DNA from: a virus
Taxonomy: Duplodnaviria > Caudoviricetes
IMG/VR virus record: IMGVR_UViG_3300012143_000004
Span: 1-60,503 of that record
Direction: 5' to 3' (one strand)
Length of the DNA stretch: 60,503 bases
Positions 18,773 to 29,572 of this stretch are shown here, piece after piece; within the stretch, counting starts at the first letter, position 1, and every line of letters begins with the position of its first letter. The notes under the pieces are model-generated. The model searched no databases and was not told where the DNA came from. It saw only the letters and a list, made by a program, of their open reading frames with translations. Made by a program: the position numbers and the translations under genes.

Positions 18773-19369
18773 ATGGGAATAACTATAAACGGCACATTTG
18801 ATGTAAAATGGCCCACCCTGATTGATGCCCGAAGCGGCCAGCAGGATGGCAGTGCAACAGTGCCCTGGGATAGTACCGCCCAGGCATTAGCGGGTTTACC
18901 AATACCATACAGGGCAGAGGGCCTGGTAATATTTGTAAGGAACAGCCCAGCCCTGGAATGGTGGCAATTTGTGGAGGGGGTGGAAGATGAAAACCTGGAA
19001 AAAATAAATTTTGGGGGGGCCAGTACACCAGCGACCTATAAAGTTTATTCGGCCTGGTTAACCCAAAGTGGAACAGCGGCCCCAGTGGCAGTGGCCCAGG
19101 AAAATACCCTGGGGGCAACGGTAACCTGGTTTAGAAATGGGGAGGGGGAATATTATTGTGAATGCACCGACAAATTTACCCTGGGTAAAACTTTCATTTT
19201 ACATGGGGATAATAAATTTAGTTTATGGGGCACCAGTGCCAGGTACCCAACATTTAAAACCGTTTCCGATGGCACCACCATAAACCTATTTATTTATAAA
19301 AGTGATGGTGATACAACCGGGGGGGATGGCTATTTACAAATTTTTGTAGAAATACGGGTTTACACATAA
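18773..19369 (+). CDS. Virion fibre/decoration protein A
   Basis: Shares its N-terminal ~82 aa with the next gene. Confidence 0.65.
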   Translation: MGITINGTFDVKWPTLIDARSGQQDGSATVPWDSTAQALAGLPIPYRAEGLVIFVRNSPALEWWQFVEGVEDENLEKINFGGASTPATYKVYSAWLTQSGTAAPVAVAQENTLGATVTWFRNGEGEYYCECTDKFTLGKTFILHGDNKFSLWGTSARYPTFKTVSDGTTINLFIYKSDGDTTGGDGYLQIFVEIRVYT

Positions 19370-19380
19370 AATTTTTTATT

Positions 19381-20400
19381 ATGCCCATAGTAATAAACGG
19401 AACTTTTGATGTAAGATGGCCCACCTTAATTGATAAACGCATGGGCCAGCAGGATGGGAGCCATACAGTGCCCTATAATGACACCGCCCAGGCATTAGCA
19501 GCCTTACCAGCGGCCTATAGGGCAGAGGGCCTGGTTATTTACGTTAGGGCCTTAACGGGGCTGGAATGGTGGCAATTTGTGGGGGGTATTGAAGATATTA
19601 ATTTAAAGAAAGTTGATTTTTTGGGAGGTACCACCGGGGGAGGGGGTACCCCCAGCAAATTTGGTAAAGCGGGTGAAGATGCAACAGCTACAGAAAACAG
19701 GGCTTTTAGTTTTGGAAGTGCCTATAATATGCAGTTAAGTGGGGCAAAACCAAACTTTGCACTTTTTACAGTTAACAGCACCGGCCAGGGAAGTACCGCC
19801 ATTGCTGGCATGGCCATTGGTGATGTGGCCAGGGGGGTTTATGGTTATGTTAACGGGGGAGGTACCGCCATTGAAGGTTATGCAAATTCCAGTGAAATTG
19901 CCGGCACCTTTAGAACCGGCAGCGGTAACGCATTATCATTAACCCAGGCAAACCATAGCGGCGAGCCTTTGATTTTTGCCACCATTTCGGGGGGTGGAGC
20001 CGTACCAATACCGGCCATAATAATTAGGCGGCCAATTGACCTGGTAGAAAATGGCATGGGCCTTTCCATAAATTTTAAATTACCAGTTATGTGGAATGAA
20101 GATGAGGTTAACCAATTCAGGGAATTTGAAATAGTAAAGATTATTGCCAGCAATTTGGATAGGGAAATGTTTACAGGCCAGGGGCAATTTATTTTACAGG
20201 TTAGAGATGGCGGGGATGATTCGACAGGTGATTGGACGGCCTTCATGCGTGATGTTTTAAAAATAGACGGAAAGGGGCATTTTGATTTAAGGGCAGGCAG
20301 CCTGGTAAATGCGGCCAGTGATGCAGCAGCAGCCGGGGCAGGGGTACCGGTTAACCGATTATACAGAAATGGAAGTGTGGTAATGTATCGTGTTTCCTAA
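19381..20400 (+). CDS. Virion fibre/decoration protein B
   Basis: Paralogous N-terminus, Gly-rich middle, and C-terminal A.DAAAA.AGV...LYR motif. Confidence 0.65.
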   Translation: MPIVINGTFDVRWPTLIDKRMGQQDGSHTVPYNDTAQALAALPAAYRAEGLVIYVRALTGLEWWQFVGGIEDINLKKVDFLGGTTGGGGTPSKFGKAGEDATATENRAFSFGSAYNMQLSGAKPNFALFTVNSTGQGSTAIAGMAIGDVARGVYGYVNGGGTAIEGYANSSEIAGTFRTGSGNALSLTQANHSGEPLIFATISGGGAVPIPAIIIRRPIDLVENGMGLSINFKLPVMWNEDEVNQFREFEIVKIIASNLDREMFTGQGQFILQVRDGGDDSTGDWTAFMRDVLKIDGKGHFDLRAGSLVNAASDAAAAGAGVPVNRLYRNGSVVMYRVS

Positions 20401-20420
20401 CCTATAAAAAAAAAATTATC

Positions 20421-20594
20421 ATGGCACTAATAACGTTTATCTGTTTTGCAATGGTTTTTGTATTTAACGTAATGCAGAAACTTTATGAATGGGCACAAAA
20501 CCCCGCTATAAAAACCCTGATGATTTTTGAAATTTTTAAGGCCCTGGCGGGAATAATCGGGTTTGGTTTACTGATTTTTAAAATACTGGCATGA
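20421..20594 (+). CDS. 57-aa two-TM membrane protein (holin candidate; absent from ORF track)
   Basis: MALITFICFAMVFVFNVMQK...IFKALAGIIGFGLLIFKILA; ATGA overlap with the next gene. Confidence 0.6.
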   Translation: MALITFICFAMVFVFNVMQKLYEWAQNPAIKTLMIFEIFKALAGIIGFGLLIFKILA

Positions 20595-23500
20595 AGAAAA
20601 TAAAACTTTCTTACCAGGTGCCCGAAGATTGCCAGGCCAGTGCTGATTTGCTGGCCCCTGATGGTGGCATAGTTAGAAACCTATGGAATTTTAAACCATT
20701 AAAAAAAGATACCCCATACACAGAAATTTTAAATGATTTAAACGATTTACCCACCGGCACCAATTACAAAATAAGATTAACCAGGAACCGGATAAAAACC
20801 ACATGGCTGGGGGTATTTGGTAACACCGGCACAAAGGAAACCGGCCCCACTGTTTTAAACAGTTTACAACAGGCCCAGGATTTTGCAGCGGGTAAAGATT
20901 TTTATTATTACCCCACCGGGTACAATGAGCAAAAAACCAGCTGTTTTAAAATGCTTAAAACAAACACCGGGGAAGCATTTAAAATATTTGATAAAGGGGG
21001 CCTGAATGGTTTACACGTTGTAACAAAAAATGGCCTGGTTTATTGGGCTGGGGTGGACACCTACAAACAAAAAAGTTATGCAATGGAGTTTGTTGAAAGG
21101 TGGGTGGATAAGATGCAACCATTAAAAACCGCCCTGGTGGATTTTCCCGAAGATATGGAGGCGAAAATTAGGGCACATGGTAGTTATGCGTTTGTTGCTG
21201 CAGGTGATTTATTCGGGGGGTATAAAAAGCCAACTTATAACAAAGCCGGTTTTACTGCCTGGGTAAGTACCTATTGCATAAAAGATACCTGGTGCCAGTG
21301 TTTGGCAGGGATTTGGGCCACTAACGAAAGTGATGATAAGGAGGTAAATTTTTTATTTGGAAAACCCTACAGCCCATACGCCGGCAGAACCTTTGCCAGC
21401 CTGATAATTAATGAGGGGGATTATTCAGATATAACAGGCCTGGCAGTTAGTGAAAATTTTATTTATGCTTCATTTGGTGGGAGGGTTTGGGGCCTTAATA
21501 GCGCCGATTTAATACGGGTTTACACGTTAGAGGGAAAGTTAGTAAATGAGTTTAAATGTGATACCCCCAGGAAATTAATTGTGGTGGAAAATCATTTGTA
21601 TTACTGCAGCCGTAAAAGTATTTTAAGGGCAGAAATTGACAGCGCCGGGAATATAACCCCTGATGGAAAAATGTTCAGCATGGAGGATGAATGGGCCATG
21701 ATGGATGTGGAATATAATAAATTAACCGATACCATTTTAACTGCCAGCAGTGATGGTTTAATACGGTATTATGACCGGGATTTAAACGTAAAAGATAACA
21801 AAGGAAACCCGGTACCCTATTGGGATAACCCCAGGGTTTATAATGACAAATTTTACTGGGAGGATTGGCGGCTACAGTGCGAATGTTTTTTATGTATTGA
21901 TGATGGGTTAATGTTTATAGGGGATGGGGGAAACAATAGGATTCAGGTTTTTAACCTGGCCTTTGAATATCAAAAAACAATTTCCTGGTTAAGTACCAGT
22001 TACCATGTAAGTGCAGTGGATAACAGGGCATTTAATGAGTACCTGGAATTTATTTTGGATATAACCGACACAAAAAAATTAAAGTGGGAACTGGTTAATA
22101 ATTGGGGGTACCATGCCCAGGGGGAATGGGATAATATGTATTACAAATTGGATATGCCATTTGTGATGGAGGGCAAAACATACGCCACCATGCAAAGTTT
22201 AGGGGGCAGCCAAAAAAAGGCCCTGGTACAATTAGACCCTGATTATGGTATTAGATACCTAAACGAAATAACCACCCCGAGCAAAGAAAGAACGCAGATT
22301 TACCCTGATGGCTGCATTTATTATGACCAAAGTGGGGCAAATATAAAAGTTACAAAGCAGCAACTTTTACAGATTAACCAGGATGGAACATTTAAATGGG
22401 CAGCCCCAGTGGTACGGGTAAACAGCGAAGCCAAAAAGCCGGAAAATGCACAAAACAACATGAGCAAACGAATATTTGAAACCGGGAAAAATGAAGCCGG
22501 GGAGGATATCATGTTTGTTTATAACGCCAATAAAACGGAAACCGGCCCCCATTTAACCAGCCTGAATATTAACACCGGTAAATTTTTAGCAAATGGTTTT
22601 CCCAGCACCCATGCAGGCTACAGCGGGGATTATAAAAATGATGCGTTTGATATTGGTAATGGGGTAGTGTACCCAGGGGGGCAATATATAGCAATTGAGG
22701 GGTTAATTTTTTGCAATTATCATGGGGAATTTTGGGCAGCTGGCCAGGTGAACAAATGGCACATTTTCGACACCAATTTAGTAGCCCTGCACACCTATGG
22801 CACCGATATAAAAACCATTCGTAAACAGGGTTTACCCCAGCCGGCACACATGACAGCTGGAAACAGTTTTAGTGGTAACGTTATAAGGATGGGCCCGTAT
22901 TTGTTACTGGTGCACAATGATGAGGGCCAGCATGGGGGAGGGCATGGGGTTTTAATTGAAAATTGGGATAGTGTGCAAAGGGCTGAATTTTCGGCCACCG
23001 TTTACAATGCAATAGAAAACCCATACATTATTTGGCCCCTGGCATTGTTGCCCAAATGGGGCCCCCTGGTTAATGGCCAGGCAGGGTGGACAATGTACCC
23101 CGAGGGGGGTTATAATATAGCCGCAAACAACAGATATTCAGTTGATGCAGGGGAAAAATATTTGAGCCTAACCATACCCAGTGATATACACGTTTATTTT
23201 AGGACACTGCAGGCCCGTTGTATTGTTAGTTACCCATTGAACCCGGTAACAGCGGCCCGTTATGAAATGCATGGATGGACAAATTATGAGGGCAATTACC
23301 ACAGCCGGGATGGCGGCAAAACAATGGCCAATAAAGTGCAGATTTTAGATGATACCGGCCAGGTGATTTTTGAAATGTGGCCAGCTATAGATTATGCAAA
23401 AAGAATAGTTACCCTGCACATGAACCAAAGCATAATTTTTACTTTGCCGGAAGGTGAAGCCGGAAAAATACTAAATTATTTCAGGGCCTTTTATGTGTGG

Positions 23501-23665
23501 GTAAGGAATGGAGTTTTAACCGCGAAATTCCATAATTACCCCATAGTTAACCTGGGCAGGGTAACCACGAAAGCGGCAATTTTTAGGGTATTAATGTATA
23601 ATACAACAGCCACAACATTTGACCAACATTTAAGCCTGGCAAACCTAAGATTTACCAGGCGATAA
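20591..23665 (+). CDS. Large beta-rich protein (FlgD-Ig-like N-terminus, NHL/beta-propeller-like repeats)
   Basis: DGGIVRNLW..DLPTGTNYKIRL and FIGDGGNNRIQVFN motifs; 1024 aa. Confidence 0.55.
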   Translation: MKKIKLSYQVPEDCQASADLLAPDGGIVRNLWNFKPLKKDTPYTEILNDLNDLPTGTNYKIRLTRNRIKTTWLGVFGNTGTKETGPTVLNSLQQAQDFAAGKDFYYYPTGYNEQKTSCFKMLKTNTGEAFKIFDKGGLNGLHVVTKNGLVYWAGVDTYKQKSYAMEFVERWVDKMQPLKTALVDFPEDMEAKIRAHGSYAFVAAGDLFGGYKKPTYNKAGFTAWVSTYCIKDTWCQCLAGIWATNESDDKEVNFLFGKPYSPYAGRTFASLIINEGDYSDITGLAVSENFIYASFGGRVWGLNSADLIRVYTLEGKLVNEFKCDTPRKLIVVENHLYYCSRKSILRAEIDSAGNITPDGKMFSMEDEWAMMDVEYNKLTDTILTASSDGLIRYYDRDLNVKDNKGNPVPYWDNPRVYNDKFYWEDWRLQCECFLCIDDGLMFIGDGGNNRIQVFNLAFEYQKTISWLSTSYHVSAVDNRAFNEYLEFILDITDTKKLKWELVNNWGYHAQGEWDNMYYKLDMPFVMEGKTYATMQSLGGSQKKALVQLDPDYGIRYLNEITTPSKERTQIYPDGCIYYDQSGANIKVTKQQLLQINQDGTFKWAAPVVRVNSEAKKPENAQNNMSKRIFETGKNEAGEDIMFVYNANKTETGPHLTSLNINTGKFLANGFPSTHAGYSGDYKNDAFDIGNGVVYPGGQYIAIEGLIFCNYHGEFWAAGQVNKWHIFDTNLVALHTYGTDIKTIRKQGLPQPAHMTAGNSFSGNVIRMGPYLLLVHNDEGQHGGGHGVLIENWDSVQRAEFSATVYNAIENPYIIWPLALLPKWGPLVNGQAGWTMYPEGGYNIAANNRYSVDAGEKYLSLTIPSDIHVYFRTLQARCIVSYPLNPVTAARYEMHGWTNYEGNYHSRDGGKTMANKVQILDDTGQVIFEMWPAIDYAKRIVTLHMNQSIIFTLPEGEAGKILNYFRAFYVWVRNGVLTAKFHNYPIVNLGRVTTKAAIFRVLMYNTTATTFDQHLSLANLRFTRR

Positions 23666-23667
23666 GG

Positions 23668-23850
23668 ATGGGCCATTTTATTTACTTTTTTGCAAAAAAG
23701 GAATTGAGTGAAAATGAGATTCACATTTTAATTGAAGTAGTTAAGGCCCTGGTTACATTATTAGTTTTTTTAATTATATGGAAGAGGAAAAAGAAGCGGG
23801 AAAAGAAAATTGATAAACATATTGAGGACGCAGAAAAAAAGGAACTTTGA
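23668..23850 (+). CDS. Small single-TM protein with basic tail (holin-like candidate)
   Basis: Hydrophobic LIEVVKALVTLLVFLIIW followed by KRKKKREKK. Confidence 0.55.
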   Translation: MGHFIYFFAKKELSENEIHILIEVVKALVTLLVFLIIWKRKKKREKKIDKHIEDAEKKEL

Positions 23851-23880
23851 TTTTTATAAACATTTAAAACAAAAATTTGT

Positions 23881-24297
23881 ATGGAACCGTTCAAAGCATT
23901 AATTATTCCATTGATGGCCCCCACAGAGCCACCACCGGACGGAGGCGAACACCCCAGCCATGATTTACCTTTATTCCCATTTGTGCCCATTGTTATACCC
24001 CCAGGGGGCCAGTGGCCAGGCGAACCACCAACAGGGGGAGGGGGTGAAAGGCCCAGCATTGATTTGCCATTATTCCCATTTAACCCCATTGCAGGTTTTG
24101 ACCCAATACATGGAACATGGCCCGAAGCACCAACACCCCCCGACCCCAACGCCCCAACACCCAGCCACCCCATTAATTTACCGCCCAGTGAGAATGGCTG
24201 GTGGGTTGAAGTTTATGTGCCTGGTATTGGGTGGAGCTGGGTGGCATTTAGCCCAGGCGGCAAACCACCTGAAAACACTATGCCCCAACCTAAATAA
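23881..24297 (+). CDS. Proline-rich repeat protein
   Basis: Repeats HPSHDLPLFPFVPI, RPSIDLPLFPFNPI and PSHPINLP. Confidence 0.7.
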   Translation: MEPFKALIIPLMAPTEPPPDGGEHPSHDLPLFPFVPIVIPPGGQWPGEPPTGGGGERPSIDLPLFPFNPIAGFDPIHGTWPEAPTPPDPNAPTPSHPINLPPSENGWWVEVYVPGIGWSWVAFSPGGKPPENTMPQPK

Positions 24298-24335
24298 TTT
24301 TTTCAACCACAAAACAAATTTTAAAATACCCATAT

Positions 24336-25688
24336 ATGAAACGAGCAGCGGTAAGAGTAATAAAAGGAGCCGGTTTAATATTTGAGGAAACGTTTGAAGG
24401 TTTGCAATATTTTCCGGTTAACCAGGATGAAAAGCCCACCAGTAATACAGTACACGCCATTGAAAATAATGGTTCAGCTGATGCATTAAGTTTTCCGGTT
24501 TACGCCGGCACCAAAACAGCCAGGTTTAGATTGAGTAAAGATGAACCTTTATTTCAGGGGGAAACATACAGAACAGAGGTTACAATAGTAAAAGCCGAAG
24601 ATGATAGCCGGGTAACTGCAAACAGCTGGTACGGATTTAAAATTTTATTCCCCAAAGCAGGGGGGGAACCCGATACACGAAAAAGCAGTATAAACCAATG
24701 GTTTGAAGATGGCGGCAATGAGTTAACACTAAGAACCATGAACGGGGCAGCATTTATGGAACTGGAAACAGGAACCAGCGTTTACCAGTGGGATTTATAC
24801 AGCGATAAAGCAGGCATGGAAGCCGATAACGTAGCGGCCACATTTGCAAAACACCCCCTGGAAGAGTGGGCCCAGTTTACGTTTAATATTAACCATAAAT
24901 TGGATGCCAGCGGATTTATAAAGATTTACCGCAATGGGGTTTTAATACATGAGTACAGCGGCCCCACCATTCACCTGAAAATACCAAAATGGAAAATGGG
25001 TATTTACAGCAGTTTTACAAAAAGTATATTACCATTTAAGATAGTATATTTTGATGATGTAAGAGTTGGAAACGACCAAAGTAATTTACAGGAAATGTTA
25101 GGAGCCGCCCCAATTTCCGAAGCCCTTACCGTTTTAGCTGATAATGATTTTGTAGTGGAGGCACCCATTAAAACTGCAGTATTTCAAACCATAATTGGTG
25201 GCATGGCAAAGGCAGGTATTTATAATGTGAAAGTAACCGCCACTGGCCCCGACAGCGCCACCGCCACTGATGAAATGAAAATAGCAGTTAAGCCAGTGGA
25301 AGTGATACCACCGGAACCCCCCGAGCCAACAGGCGACCCCATACAGGAATTTATTTTAATTGATGCTGGTTTAGATAGCGAAATAGGCCCAATGGCTGAG
25401 GGTGGAAGCTATAAAATACCAGCCAGCAAAAAATTAAACATAAAGGTTAATGTTACAGCTGAGGTGGCAAAAGTGGGTTTTGTTTGCACCGGCCCCACTG
25501 GCAAAAGCAGCACTGATAAAGGGGCCCCATTCAGTTTGCATGGCGATACAGGTACCAGCCCGGTAAATTATTATTATGGAAACTGGGGCCCACCGGGGGC
25601 AGGGGCATACAAACTGGTGGCAACGCCATACAATGCAGCCGGCACAGCACTGGCCAGTAAAACCATTAATTTTTCCTTTACAGCATGA
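24336..25688 (+). CDS. Polysaccharide lyase-like (jelly-roll) depolymerase with PKD/Ig-like C-terminal domains
   Basis: RTEV..WYGFKILFP..INQW..GFIKIYRNG..WKMGIY..VYFDDVRVG pattern of Polysacc_lyase / heparinase I-like folds. Confidence 0.65.
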   Translation: MKRAAVRVIKGAGLIFEETFEGLQYFPVNQDEKPTSNTVHAIENNGSADALSFPVYAGTKTARFRLSKDEPLFQGETYRTEVTIVKAEDDSRVTANSWYGFKILFPKAGGEPDTRKSSINQWFEDGGNELTLRTMNGAAFMELETGTSVYQWDLYSDKAGMEADNVAATFAKHPLEEWAQFTFNINHKLDASGFIKIYRNGVLIHEYSGPTIHLKIPKWKMGIYSSFTKSILPFKIVYFDDVRVGNDQSNLQEMLGAAPISEALTVLADNDFVVEAPIKTAVFQTIIGGMAKAGIYNVKVTATGPDSATATDEMKIAVKPVEVIPPEPPEPTGDPIQEFILIDAGLDSEIGPMAEGGSYKIPASKKLNIKVNVTAEVAKVGFVCTGPTGKSSTDKGAPFSLHGDTGTSPVNYYYGNWGPPGAGAYKLVATPYNAAGTALASKTINFSFTA

Positions 25689-25767
25689 TTTTGGGGATTA
25701 CCATTTTATTACTAATAATTGCCGGCCTGATAACCCAGGCTGGCAATTATAAAAATGATAAGTAAAA

Positions 25768-26136
25768 ATGGAAGATGAAATTTTAGTATATGACCAGGCA
25801 GTAAAATGGGATATAAAAGAAAGGGAATATAACACCAGTAAAAGTATTGGGTTTACCCTTTTTGACCCCAATATACCGGAGGGCCTGGATGGTGCCATAA
25901 TAAAAATGTGGATTAAAAAACCAGGTACCAAAACCCCTGCAATGGAACTAACCACCACTGATGGCCAAATATTAATTACTGATGTGATAGCCTGCAAATT
26001 TTTGATTACACCAGTTTTTTTGGATATACCGGCAGGGGGTTACGTTTACGACATTAAAATTTTTTATGCAGGGGGCCAGCAGCATACCAGGTTTGAGGGT
26101 AAATATGAAATTTGTAATACAGCTACAAAATGTTAA
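25768..26136 (+). CDS. BppU-N-like fibre attachment protein
   Basis: Beta-sandwich pattern ([24 protein letters not shown]) directly before the long fibre. Confidence 0.5.
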   Translation: MEDEILVYDQAVKWDIKEREYNTSKSIGFTLFDPNIPEGLDGAIIKMWIKKPGTKTPAMELTTTDGQILITDVIACKFLITPVFLDIPAGGYVYDIKIFYAGGQQHTRFEGKYEICNTATKC

Positions 26137-29057
26137 TGCTAATTGATGCCACAATAGAGCCGGTAATTAATAAAATTACTGCAGCCATTGAAACGGATGG
26201 CCAAACTATTAACGCCATTATTCAGCCTATTAATGAAACCGTACATGCCCAAATAATTAACACCGGCCCCCCAGGCCCAACAGGGGCCCCAGGGCCAGCC
26301 GGCCCCCCAGGCGAACCAGGCGAACCAGGCGAACCAGGCGAACCAGGCGAACCAGGGCCAGCGGGGGAACCAGGCCCAGCAGGCGAACCAGGGCCACCTG
26401 GGGCCACTGGCAATACTGGTGGAAGTACCACATTATTTGAATACGTTTATGCAACAGCAACCACCCCGCCACCAGTAGCGGGTACATTTAGGAGTGATGG
26501 CGCAACAGCGGCCAGCAGTACAGTAGCCTGGATTAACCGGTTAGATATTGGCAATGCAGATAGGAAAATATTTTTATTGACAGCTAAAGCAGGGAGCATT
26601 TTTTACATACAGGATATTGATGATAGTTCAATTTATGCAAAATACCAGTTAACATTTGATGCATTTGATGAAGGTGATTACATAACATTGAATTTACTTT
26701 TTTTAGAAGGTTCAGGGGCACTGGTAGGAAATAACCGTTGTTTATTGGGGATTATGGTGCAACCCAGTACCCCAGGCTGGCAGGCCGTTTTAGATGCAAA
26801 CAGCATTTTAGATAAGAATAACACAATAACACTGGCAGGGCATAGCCTAACATTTAATGAGGGCAGGGTTTTGGTAAATGGGCCTGCAGCTATTGACCAT
26901 GTAATGCACATTACAGGCCATACCAGTAAAACATTTTTGGTGCAATCTGATGACCCGTTAGGGTGTAATATTCGTTTTAAAAGTACCAGCGCAAATAAAA
27001 CCTGGGAGTTATGTGCAATAGGAGCCGGCAGTACTTACGCAGCCGGCACCCTTTTATTTTATACGAATGAATTAAATGTGGGAGCCCTGGCAATTACCCA
27101 GGCGGGTAATGTTTGCATAGGCCACATGGCATGGCACGTTGACAGTGCCAGCCGTTTAACCGTTAGGGGTAACGTTAGCATAGGCATAAATTACCGGAAC
27201 ACTGCAGCCCCCACCAACGGGTTATTAGTGGAAGGTATGACAGCCCTAACCACCACAGCGGCCACCCACACATTAACCCTGGGGAGTGCAGCCACCGGTA
27301 TTGTATATTATAACACCACCGACCAAACCACCAATTTTGAAAGGGCCCGTTTTAGATGGGCCAGCAATGTTTACATATTAGACACTGAAAAGGGGGGCAC
27401 AGGTACCGTTAGGGAAATACAATTGGGTGCAGCATTGAGGTTAAAATCTGATGGCAGCCTGGGGGTTAATACCGCCACTATTGATGGCAGCGCCATTGCC
27501 GATTTTGTAAGCACCACAAAGGGGGTTTTATTACCCAGGTTAGATAATACCCAACAGGCCGCAATAGTAACACCGGCCACCGGGTTAATACATATTAATA
27601 CCAGTACCAACCGCCCAACGTATTACGATGGGGCAACGTACCAGGGATTGGCTTTTTTAACTGATGTGGCAGCGGCAGGCGGCCAAACGGAAGTGTTTAC
27701 ATGGAAGTACAGCACAAATACAGCTGCAGCCGACCCAGGAAACGGAAACTTTCGCATGAATAACGCCACAGCCAGCCTGGTAACGGAATTATATTTAAAT
27801 GACCTTACCAATGATGTAATAATGGATATTTCAGCCATGTTTGCCCAGGTGCAGGGTAAATGGTTAATACATATTCAGCAGTATAATGACGCCACCAAAT
27901 TTGTGCAGTTTAAAAGCCTAACAGCGTACACCGATAATTCGGGATGGTGGACATTACCAGTAACCTATGTGCAAAGCGGGGCAGGGGGCCCATTAACGAA
28001 TTTATTGAAATGTACCTTTGTTTTTGTTAACCAAAATGCTGCAACCGGGGGAGGGGGAACCACCTACACCACCAGCGCCCAGCTGGCCACAGATTTAACG
28101 GACGAAACCGGCACCGGGTTTGTAGTGTTTAATGATTCACCAACGTTTACAGGTAATGTGGGCATAGGTGCAGCGGCAACCGTTAGCCCGTTAGAAATAA
28201 CTAACAATGGCCTGGGAGCAACAGCGATTAAAACCACCGGTATAAGTTTAGTAAATACAACACCGGCCACAGCTAGTGTTATACAATTTTCACCTGCAAT
28301 TCGCCTATCTGGGAGGGGATGGAAAACAACGGCAACGGCTAGTTCAGGTATTAGCGAATTTATTATTAGTGTGCAACCTTCCTTAGTAGGTACCACAGCG
28401 GTATTAGGTAATTTATTAATACAATATGAAGGGCTGGGAAGTGCAATAAATACCGTTTTAAATTTATCTAGCCTGGGAACCATGACCATTGATGGGGGAT
28501 TAACAGCGGGGGGAAGTATTACCCCAGGAACAACAAATTATTTTGGCCCTGGTGGGTATCGGCAGCAAACAAATTTAGAGAACAGCAATTTTTTTGTATC
28601 GGCAAACCAGGCAGGCAGTAGTTTTACAACGGCCCAGTTAATGTTAGGTGGTGCAGGCACCACCTGGATAAAAGCAGGAAGCAGAGGTTCAAACGCATTA
28701 ACACCAGTGGCAAACAGCAGCGGGGCCCATTTGGTTTTTGGGCAGGCAACTATTTTAATGGCAGCTGGTACCCACCCGGTATTTGCCAATTTAGCATTAA
28801 AGCCCATTTTACTATCAACAGTGGCCAGCAGTACGGTAACAGCCAGCGCCACCCTTTATATTGAGGGAGCAGCGGCAAACGTAACTGGTGCCACTAATAA
28901 TTTTGCTTTATGGGTTGATGCAGGCACCACCAGGCTGGATGGTAAATTGAATTTAGGAACCGCAACCAATTACGCGGATAATGCAGCCGCCCTGGCTGGG
29001 GGTTTGGTGGTAGGTGATTTTTACAGAACGGGGGGAGCCGTACAAATAGTTATTTAA
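26130..29057 (+). CDS. Collagen-like long tail fibre
   Basis: G-X-Y run, Thr/Gly-rich modules, [10 protein letters not shown] motif, C-terminal [14 protein letters not shown]. Confidence 0.8.
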   Translation: MLMLIDATIEPVINKITAAIETDGQTINAIIQPINETVHAQIINTGPPGPTGAPGPAGPPGEPGEPGEPGEPGEPGPAGEPGPAGEPGPPGATGNTGGSTTLFEYVYATATTPPPVAGTFRSDGATAASSTVAWINRLDIGNADRKIFLLTAKAGSIFYIQDIDDSSIYAKYQLTFDAFDEGDYITLNLLFLEGSGALVGNNRCLLGIMVQPSTPGWQAVLDANSILDKNNTITLAGHSLTFNEGRVLVNGPAAIDHVMHITGHTSKTFLVQSDDPLGCNIRFKSTSANKTWELCAIGAGSTYAAGTLLFYTNELNVGALAITQAGNVCIGHMAWHVDSASRLTVRGNVSIGINYRNTAAPTNGLLVEGMTALTTTAATHTLTLGSAATGIVYYNTTDQTTNFERARFRWASNVYILDTEKGGTGTVREIQLGAALRLKSDGSLGVNTATIDGSAIADFVSTTKGVLLPRLDNTQQAAIVTPATGLIHINTSTNRPTYYDGATYQGLAFLTDVAAAGGQTEVFTWKYSTNTAAADPGNGNFRMNNATASLVTELYLNDLTNDVIMDISAMFAQVQGKWLIHIQQYNDATKFVQFKSLTAYTDNSGWWTLPVTYVQSGAGGPLTNLLKCTFVFVNQNAATGGGGTTYTTSAQLATDLTDETGTGFVVFNDSPTFTGNVGIGAAATVSPLEITNNGLGATAIKTTGISLVNTTPATASVIQFSPAIRLSGRGWKTTATASSGISEFIISVQPSLVGTTAVLGNLLIQYEGLGSAINTVLNLSSLGTMTIDGGLTAGGSITPGTTNYFGPGGYRQQTNLENSNFFVSANQAGSSFTTAQLMLGGAGTTWIKAGSRGSNALTPVANSSGAHLVFGQATILMAAGTHPVFANLALKPILLSTVASSTVTASATLYIEGAAANVTGATNNFALWVDAGTTRLDGKLNLGTATNYADNAAALAGGLVVGDFYRTGGAVQIVI
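26307..26356 (+). repeat. Tandem 9-bp repeat (CCAGGCGAA)x5.5 encoding collagen PGE triplets
   Basis: Read directly from the sequence. Confidence 0.9.
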
Positions 29058-29069
29058 ATATTTTAATAT

Positions 29070-29435
29070 ATGGCAAACACAAACACAAAAGCAAATTTTG
29101 ATTTTACTATTCAGGATTTGGAGGGTAACGAAATTATAAATATTGATGGCCCGGCAAACGCCGGTAAAATGCTGGCTAAGATATTTGCAGGCATGAGCAA
29201 AGGGGATATCTATAAAATTATGGAATGGGCCAGGGCATGTTACAGGGGGGAAACCATAGAGTTTAACCCCAAAGAAAAAAAAGATTTTCAGGAATACATT
29301 GAAAGCAACGAACAGTTAACCGTACTAAGTAAGGAGCAGATTTTAAACGTATTAAACGGGGTGGGGATGGCCCCAGGGTTAACAGCTGCAAAGGAACCCA
29401 CCAACGGGGTGCAGGAAGTAAAAAAGGTAAAATAA
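29070..29435 (+). CDS. Hypothetical protein, possible fibre chaperone
   Basis: Follows the fibre and is the last gene before a terminator. Confidence 0.6.
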   Translation: MANTNTKANFDFTIQDLEGNEIINIDGPANAGKMLAKIFAGMSKGDIYKIMEWARACYRGETIEFNPKEKKDFQEYIESNEQLTVLSKEQILNVLNGVGMAPGLTAAKEPTNGVQEVKKVK

Positions 29436-29464
29436 AGTTTTGTTTTTATATGGGTTAATAGTAG

Positions 29465-29495
29465 GGGCCAGGGTTTTTTACCCGGCCCTTTTTTT
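29465..29495 (+). terminator. Rho-independent terminator ending the structural operon
   Basis: GGGCCAGGGT...ACCCGGCCC followed by T7. Confidence 0.8.
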
Positions 29496-29496
29496 A

Positions 29497-29527
29497 TTTG
29501 GTTAGTAACCGGAATGCAGTACATTTG
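29497..29527 (+). promoter_or_regulatory. Bacteroidota-type promoter without the GTGKA/TACAC operator
   Basis: TTTG-N19-TACATTTG upstream of the HTH/recombination operon. Confidence 0.7.
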
Positions 29528-29572
29528 TGCAGTAGTTAAACTACCAATTGTAAACTTTTAAAAACCAAAAAA

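Noticed and set aside
18773-19630. Duplicated fibre N-termini as a DGR template/variable repeat pair
   Set aside because: There is no reverse transcriptase. Differences are not adenine-specific, and the duplication is N-terminal and coding in both copies.
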